From the NCBI GenBank assembly GCA_905178155.1, contig CAJINV010000015.1, positions 973,907-1,037,906 on the forward strand: a stretch of 64,000 bases of DNA, written 5' to 3'. Shown here in pieces: positions 56,515 to 64,000 of this stretch (position 1 is its first letter; each line of letters starts with the position of its first letter). The stretch is from Amoebophrya sp. A120. Lineage: Eukaryota > Protista > Dinoflagellata. A program made the position numbers and the translations under genes. The notes under the pieces are model-generated. The model saw nothing but the letters and a program-made list of their open reading frames with translations. It was not told the DNA's origin and made no database searches.

Positions 56515-58836
56515 TCATGACGTCGCAGCTGTGGTTGCAGCTGCCACAGCAGCAGGAGCTTCTGTTTGCATGCTGTTCGTCGCTTTCATTGCAGTTTCTT
56601 GCGCGCCACCCACGCCCTCAATCGCCTCCACTCTTCCCTTGATTCTCTCCACAATTTCCCCCATGCGCACGACCAATGCCGGGTCCTTTATTTTCGTGCC
56701 CCGCTCTCCGGCCAAGCCGACGTCCTTGTCTAAGGGGATCGAACCGAGAAATTCCAAATCGTAGTCCTTGCACATCTTCTTCACCCCCTCGGAGGAAACG
56801 CCGAGAAAACCCTGCATGTTTTCGATCACACCGATGATCTCCACGCCGGTTCGCTTGCAAAAATTCACTTCCTTCCGCACGTCGGCTAAAGCGACTTCTT
56901 GGTATGGATTGCAAAAATGTCTGGGTCTGGAAGATTGCAACTTGTCACGCTGAAACCGAATCATGCAAAAGTCTGTGTTGCATGACTGCCGAAAGCTGCC
57001 CACTTTCGACCAAGTTGGGAGGGAGTTTCTCATGCAGGATAGGCATGACAGAGACCTCACGGACTCTGTCATGCTAGGTCCCGCATTCCAGACCTCATGG
57101 GTCATGGAAAACCTGCATGACAAGTTTACACCCTTCCAGACCCAGACGTTTTTGCATTTGATACTTGGGGCGAAGTGACAATCACGGCGCCGGTGATTTT
57201 TGCGTCGTTTTATCCTGTGCAAAAGTATCGCACTCGTATTGCAATCATGCATTACAAATCCCTGTGGTAAGGTAAATCCGCATCACAAATTTTATTTCTC
57301 ATGCTGAGGAAATTTGTAATGCATTTATACGAGTACGATACTTTTGCAGTTCATACGTTTAGATACCCGACGATCGCCATGTGTTCGTCGCTGGTACCGG
57401 GTGGGGTGTCGACGAAGAGGTAATCTAGTTTTCCCCAGGTCACGTCGGTCAGAAACTGCCGAATCAAACCGTTTTTCCGTATCCTGTGCAAAAGTATCGC
57501 ACTCGTAGTAATTGCAAATATGCATGACAAATCTTTTTCTGAAGCCAAATCCGCATTGCAAATTTTATTTCTCACGCTGAGGAAATTTGTAATGCATTTA
57601 TACGAGTACGATACTTTTGCACAGCATATTCCGCGGCCCGCGCCAAATGATCGCGTCGTCCTCGTTCGGCAGCATAAAACCGATCGACATCACCGCCAAA
57701 TGCTCATTCAAGTACACTATGAATTGCAAAAATGTCTGGCTCTGGAAGATTGCAACTTGTCATGCTAAATCTGCAGCATGCAAAAATCTGTGTTGCATGA
57801 TTGCCAAAAGTCGTCCAGTTTTGACCAAGTCGGGAGGGAGTTTCTCATGCAGGATAGGCATTAGAAAGGTCTCGCAGAATCTGTCATGCTAGGCCCTGCA
57901 TTCCAGACCTCATGGATCATGGAAAAGCAGCATGACAAATCGCGCATTCTTCCAGACCCAGAGACTTTTGCATTTGATATACACCGGCGACCATCCCGCG
58001 TTCGATTGGTGGACCTCATGCCCCTTCAACCCGAGCATGGTGGGCAAACTCGGGCCGCAGATGTCAATGTCCAACAGCCCCACGTCGGCGTTCGGTTCAA
58101 CGTGTTCTACTGTGTGGTCTTCTTCTTGCGGATTTCGATTTACAATCACTTTATCCGGCGCCGAAGAGAATGCGAAGGATAATTGGCAGGAGACTGTCGA
58201 TTTCCCCACGCCACCCTTCCCCGACAGCACTAAAATCTTCCGCTTCACCTCTTTCAAAACTTCTGCGACCTGCGCGACGGCGGGATCGGCTTTTTTCGCC
58301 TCGCCGCTCGCACAAGCGCCCTGGTTCGGGCAGCCGGCGCAACCGGCGGCCTTCCCGGCTTGTTCGGAATCCACCCCCACGCAGTCCTGGTTCGCATTGT
58401 CCGGAATGTGGATCTTGCTTTCTTGGTCGTCGTTGTTGTGCTCCGCTTCTGCTGATTCGGCGCTTTTAGAAGATGAAGATGTTGTATTCTGTGGTCCATC
58501 ACGATCACCTGCTCCTCCAGCTTCTGCAGTTCTTTTCGAACCCGTTTTATTTTTCTTGTTCTCGAACTCGATTACATCGCTGTCTGATTCCTCTTCTGAA
58601 GACGACGACGTCGCAACATTCCCCTCTCTAGCAGCAGCCACAACGAGCTTCACGCCGAACCCCTGCTCTGCGACATGGGAGATTTTCTCGAGCAAGTATT
58701 TCTTCCCCTTTTTCCATTTTTTTGGGTAATAACTCGCGTAGGCCGCGGTGGCTGCGAAGGCGAGGGTGGTGGTGGTAAGAAACGCGGCGGTCGTGGCCGT
58801 AGAGGAGGAGGAGGGGGAAGATTTTGTGGTCGCCAT
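56515..58836 (-). CDS. NBP35: Cytosolic Fe-S cluster assembly factor NBP35 (Mrp/NBP35 P-loop NTPase), 5 exons
   Basis: C-x13-C-x2-C-x5-C ferredoxin-like motif, [57 protein letters not shown]. Confidence 0.95.
56903..57163. mobile_element. Introner family C
   Basis: DR CTTGG; splits TSPQ-EVAL. Confidence 0.93.
57211..57355. mobile_element. Introner family A
   Basis: DR CGTTT. Confidence 0.93.
57480..57628. mobile_element. Introner family A
   Basis: DR TTCCG; splits WRGPR-KNG. Confidence 0.93.
57718..57979. mobile_element. Introner family C
   Basis: DR TACAC; splits WSPVY-LNE. Confidence 0.93.
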
Positions 58837-59610
58837 GGTGTTTTTTTGTTTTCCAGTGCAGTTCTTGTGGGGATAAAACTAACTAGTTAGGCAGGAAGCG
58901 GAATGAAAATTCTAGGTGGTGCTAGAAGTAGTGAACATCATTGAACCTAGGAAAGACCGTGCGAGAAGTTGGTGAGGTCCAATGCATTTTACAAGCTACA
59001 ATGAGGGGAGAACTGGTTACGTAAAATGGTTATTGACACAGCATCACGCAATGGAGTATGGTATCCTTACAACATCTTTGGACTGCACCTGGTCTGGATC
59101 GTTCGCAGATCGTAGTACCAATTCCAATTTACTGTCTGATCTCGTCAAGGTACTAGATCGTCCGCTTTCAAGTTCAATCATCTCTGAGTGTTGGTGTTGT
59201 TCCCAGCACCTACCACAAAAAATACCCCGTCCTTCACACTCACTAGAGATCCGATTCATCGCGACGATCGTCTTAGTTTTTATGTTTTCACACACAGCGC
59301 CTGGAAAGAATCATCTCGAATGTACAACAGACTCACGTAAGGTTCCAAGGATCTTCCTTTCCATTCAACTTGCAATATCCTAGTAGAAGAAGTCGCTGAT
59401 CATCTCGTGGCCTAGAAAGAACTTCCTCGACGTTCCGCGTACGAAGCATTGTGCCGAAGGTGCTGCTCCTGCTCATGGGCACATTTTTTATGTCCTACGA
59501 CGACAGTACTTGCAGTCATGATGTGCATGTGCGCTGTGGTTTCTCGTTGATGTCTTTTTTAACGTTGAGGTTGACCCGATGAAAACATCTTGCGTGTATA
59601 CTAGCCGTGC

Positions 59611-61800
59611 TCACAAACCCGCCACGCAGATCAAATACCACTGCCGGAAAAAGGAATGTTTTACGTAGTAGTCTTCGCGTTTCCGTCCTATCCTCAGACA
59701 GTTATCCCGGAAATCGGACCCGACCCGCACGCCTTGATACATGTTCAGTAGCAGCTCTTCGTACTGGTTCTGGATACTCTGATATGCGAGAAAAAAATTG
59801 CGAAGGTGTAACCCTGTAATGCAGAACATGCAACAGAGTTACGCCTGTCATGCCAGACAGCCACGAAGTCCTCTTTGCATGTGTGTGCTTTCCCTTACAG
59901 TTACGAGCCACGCATAACAGGTTTACTTAGTCATGTAGAGCAAATTTGTGATGCTGTCAGCCAAAGATGGTTACACTAGCACAGCTTTTTTCTTGGATAT
60001 CTGGCACGCTTTCCGCAACGCTTGCTTCAACTCCATTTGCTCGTTGACCAACTGATCGATATGAATTGCAAATATGTCTGGGTCTGGGAGATTGCGAGAT
60101 TTGTCATGCTAATCTGGCATGACTCTAAACTCTGTATTGCGTGCCCGCGAAGAGGTCCTCTTGTCTGTCATGCAAAAACGCAGTTTCTCATGCGGAGTAC
60201 GCAACTCTGACCAACGGAAAAACTTGTCATGCTGGGAAGCGCATTACAGTGTGCTCAATATTCGTCCCTTCCTTGCATCACAAGTTTCCAGACCCAGACG
60301 TTTTTGCATTTGATAATCGATCAACTGCGACAACTCCTCGGTTTCCGTTTCGTAGAAGTGTCGGATCATGGAAATCGATTGCGCTTTCTGCGTGGACTCC
60401 TTGTAGTTTTTGTCGATCAACTTGTAGTTCAGCTGCACTTCCTGGTTTTGCTGCTGCAAGGTTGTGTTTTGCTCCTTCAGTTTCTTGTTCTCCGTATCGA
60501 GGGAAAAGACCTGGGTTCGAAGTTTCTCCACCTGTTTCCGGAGCTGCTTGTAGTCCGCTGCAATAGAAGTAGAACCTCCACCTGTACCATAGTACGTGCC
60601 GTCGTTGGCGGAAAAGCTTCCTGCTCGGGTTTTCCCCTGCTTCGTAAAACTACTGTTCGACCGGCTACTAGGGGAGAAGCTTTTCTTCCTTGGGATGGGT
60701 AAGGCAGACGCCGGTGGGGGTCCTCTGGGAGCTGATGCACCGCTACTTAATGCAGCACCACCTCCGGTTGTACTTGTACCTCCTGGCGGTTTATTTGTCG
60801 TCCCACCTGATGCAGCGCCACGACCGCTCCCCGGTGCATTATTCCCCTGCTTCGGTGGAAGTCCTGCTGACGAGTTATTTGCTGCAGCCCCAGCACCCCC
60901 TGGTGGGTCCCGTGAGAACAGAAATGCCGTTTGCTTCGAAGAGCTGGGTCGCGGGTGCTGGTCCGCGAACGAAAACCCCGAAGCTGCTGCTGCTTGTGGT
61001 CCTCCCGAATAAGTAGAAGACGAAACGGGCTCGAGTCTTTGCCGGGACGACGAGCTCGTTTCCTCGCGATACAACCTCTCGTGGATCGGAATGCGCGACG
61101 AAGAGCTGTAGCTATTACTGTAGCCACCACCATATGCATTGCAAAAGCATCGTATTAGTATAAATTGCAATACAAATTGGAGGCTCAGCATTACAAATTT
61201 AATTTGTAAAGCGGATTTCCCTCAACCCCTAGATTTGTAATGCATAATTGCAATTAGTACGAGCACGATGCCTTTGCACTGGATACACCACGACGAAGCG
61301 GCGAATTGGCGGACCGGGAACGCTCGCGGGCGATACCTTGATTGATGAAAAAGAGTCGTGTAGCTGCTCATCAAGTGAAGTAGAGAACATTCCAGTGCCA
61401 GCAAGCGGCACGATAATGAATCTGTGTGTAGTGGTTCCAAGATGAACGTCACTTGTTCTGTATGATCGGCGAAGTATCAAGAACATTTCCGCAACACAAA
61501 CGCGGCCAACTACAGCGTCATGTAAAAAACAGAACCAACCTGCAATCGATGCCGTTCCTTGCTCTAAATCCTCCAGCAGGTTCTGAATCTTCGACAGTTT
61601 TTCCTCCTGTTGGTCTAGATCCGTTTGCAGCCCGTCCCCGTTTTCGGCGAGTGTGTGCAAAGTGTTCTGCACGGAATCCACGTGAGAAGCAGAGCCAGCT
61701 TGTTGTGCGCGGTGCGGGTAGGAATGTGGTCCAGCTCGACCCCGGGAGGAGGAAGAACTGGAAGCGGTGCTGTGATGTTGTGCGTCAATTTGACGAGCTT
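59611..61800 (-). CDS. Hypothetical low-complexity / coiled-coil protein (start not identified)
   Basis: Frame continuous across three introners and one predicted GT-AG intron (61337-61539); coiled coil YKQLRKQVEKLRTQV..; no in-frame ATG found. Confidence 0.65.
59783..59999. mobile_element. Introner family D
   Basis: DR TCTGA/TCTGG. Confidence 0.85.
60060..60315. mobile_element. Introner family C
   Basis: DR ATCGA. Confidence 0.92.
61133..61285. mobile_element. Introner family A
   Basis: DR CACCA. Confidence 0.88.
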
Positions 61801-64000
61801 TTGTTCATTTCCTACTTGCTCATTCTTACCAACAAGATGAAGAAGGCTTCATGGACTTCAACACATCATCTCAGTAGCTGATGCTGTAAGCGAACAAGGG
61901 GAAACATGCGCCACAAACTCAATTTGTTTCCACAAACGGAGAATTATACCTCCTCACCCCAATCCCGCGCTCCCCAGGGACGAAAGAAGTCGCCGAGGTT
62001 TTCAATTGTGCGAGTAGACTGTCACCCTCTTGGACCAGCTCGCGGAGCTCCCGATCGAAGTCCATGTTGGCTGCTGTTGTTACGCTGGTACAACTCTAGG
62101 TCTAGTGCCGCACTAACCAACCGCCCCTAGGAGACAGCCTTTGTATTGTACGAGCCCGCAGGAAGCCGCTTCGAGCGTGTCCTCTTGCAGGCGCTTGTAG
62201 TTGCGGAAACAACAGCGGAGGTCGTGATGAAGACGGGGCTGCGGCTTATCTCTCGCCGTGATGTGCTATCTTTGCCCGGGACTTTGACTCGCCACCGCCC
62301 AACCTATGCTCTCGTTCTGCGAAAAGATTTTTTCAAACAGAATAAACGGTACGTGCTTACTAGATGCTTATGCTAACGTTGATGGTGACGAAGGGGAAGG
62401 CCATCCCAAGAGAACGGCTGTATGCCAACTGTACTCGATGGCTCCACAATGACGCGAAAGAAGAACGCCCAAAACGTCAATAACTCTGGTGCTGCTGGGT
62501 AAACGAAAACAGACGACTCCGCCAGCATAATTGCAGGCTCTTGCATGATCCAATACCACTCAAATCTTTCGATTGCTCATCTTGGCTCTGTACTGCGCTC
62601 GTGTTGCAAACATCGATTCACCGGTACACACGCAATTGGAACAGAACTAGCTGGTTTTTGTCGTCAAACACGAAAGGTCTGCGGTCCTGGGGGCGGCCCA
62701 CGACCCGCAAGAGAGACAGCCCAAAAGCCGACGCGCTACGTTTTTTTCTTTCTTTTGCTGAAACGTTTTCTGCGAAAATTCCGAGTTTCATCAAATAGGC
62801 CGTCTGACACATCTCAAAAGTAGAATTTAGGCAATTCTATTCCATAGGACGGTTGGTGCGGTCAGAACTTTTCCACCTATTGATCACCTCCATCGGGGAA
62901 AACGAATATCAGATACGCCCTACTGATCGAGAAAATAGAAGTGCAGCCGTTTTGTTTTACCGAGCCAATGCTACTACAAAGGCTCCAGACATGGGGTAAA
63001 ACAAGTCTACTAGTACCTCTGCAAACACTAAAATCGGGCTGTAAAAAGACGAATTTAGGTTTTTCGTCCTCAACAAAGAAAAGAGTGTTCGCAGGTGGAA
63101 GTGTGGTAGAAGGTGCAACTATTCTGACAACAAAGCAATATCGGACAATCGTTTGCAGAAAGTGCTGTTTTCATGCTGTAACATCAGAGGCAATAGATCT
63201 GCCGGGGACAATAGAGCTCCAGCGAAAAAGTATAGCAAAGATGTCTTACAACACAGCAAATTTAGAAAATCTTCCAAAACAGGCAGAAACGGAGGAGTCG
63301 TTGGATTTTTGATGTCACAACTGACATCTTCCGTATCACCCGCTCTAGAGAAGTCGAACTAAAACTGTGTGTAATTTCGATATAGAGGGTTGATGTCGTG
63401 GGTGACACTTAATAAAATCTTGGAAGGCGTTCGAAAATTTAAGTGAAGCCGTTTTAGAAAATTATATTGTAGTCGAATAGAAACATACATATCTTCCTCC
63501 TGTGTCTTTGTCCTATCTGTGCCTATTATGCTGTTGTGCCGCTATAGAAGTCCTCAGTTTTGCTTTTGCACGGACGTTGTTGCTGTCGTGCAACAATCCG
63601 GAAATAGTACTGTTTTTAGCTCACGAATAGCAGGACTTCTACAGCGGATAATTTTTCATCTCTGGTGTTCTGTGCAATATCAGATTCCTCTCGGAGAAGT
63701 GTTTTGTGTTTTGCCTTGGCAAAAACTTTATGTGGTCAGACCGATTGCACGCAAGCGTTTTATTCCTCCATAAGCAGTCCGATTTTTAAATGTTCGTGGC
63801 ACAAATAGTTATTTGCTTCTTGGTCGAAAATTTTCTGAAACCGTTGATACAGTCCTAGTTTGATGTCTTCACGATAAAATAACCTGATCGTAATCTAGTA
63901 GTAAATTTCGTAAAAATTTTGCAATAGTAGTTACTAAAAGTTGAAGTCGTTGCGATAGCGCGATGTTGAAAACGCTTGAAGATGTAGCCTAAAATTTGTA

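Noticed and set aside
61900-64000. Short ORFs at the window end
   Set aside because: No coding signal or recognisable homology; no RNA gene or spliced-leader relic recognised.

Overview
Eukaryotic genomic DNA. Every gene is on the minus strand, and coding exons are densely interrupted by about 60 non-canonical, transposon-like introns (introners). This resembles the parasitic dinoflagellate Amoebophrya, but the taxon is inferred, not proven. The introners fall into about 10 families, which I label A-K. Nearly all are bounded by TAT...ATA terminal inverted repeats, flanked by a 5-bp (sometimes 8-bp) direct repeat, and carry GCAT(G/T/C)ACAA motifs. Removing the element plus one repeat copy restored the reading frame or the paralog's empty site at the junctions I checked. 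Host genes: a papain-family cysteine protease, an actin-related protein (plus a truncated paralog), two tandem paralogs of a large Cys-rich protein, a small membrane protein, NBP35 and a coiled-coil protein. Other mobile DNA: an intact 8.9-kb tyrosine-recombinase retrotransposon with split direct repeats and an unusual ORF order (ZnF, gag-like, YR, RT/RH/MT); a 1.3-kb Helitron nested in an introner; and a 3.95-kb foldback element with introner-like ends and an 8-bp TSD. The paralog pair shows many introner presence/absence differences and a swap of introner family at one identical site. Coordinates were read by eye and may be off by a few bases.
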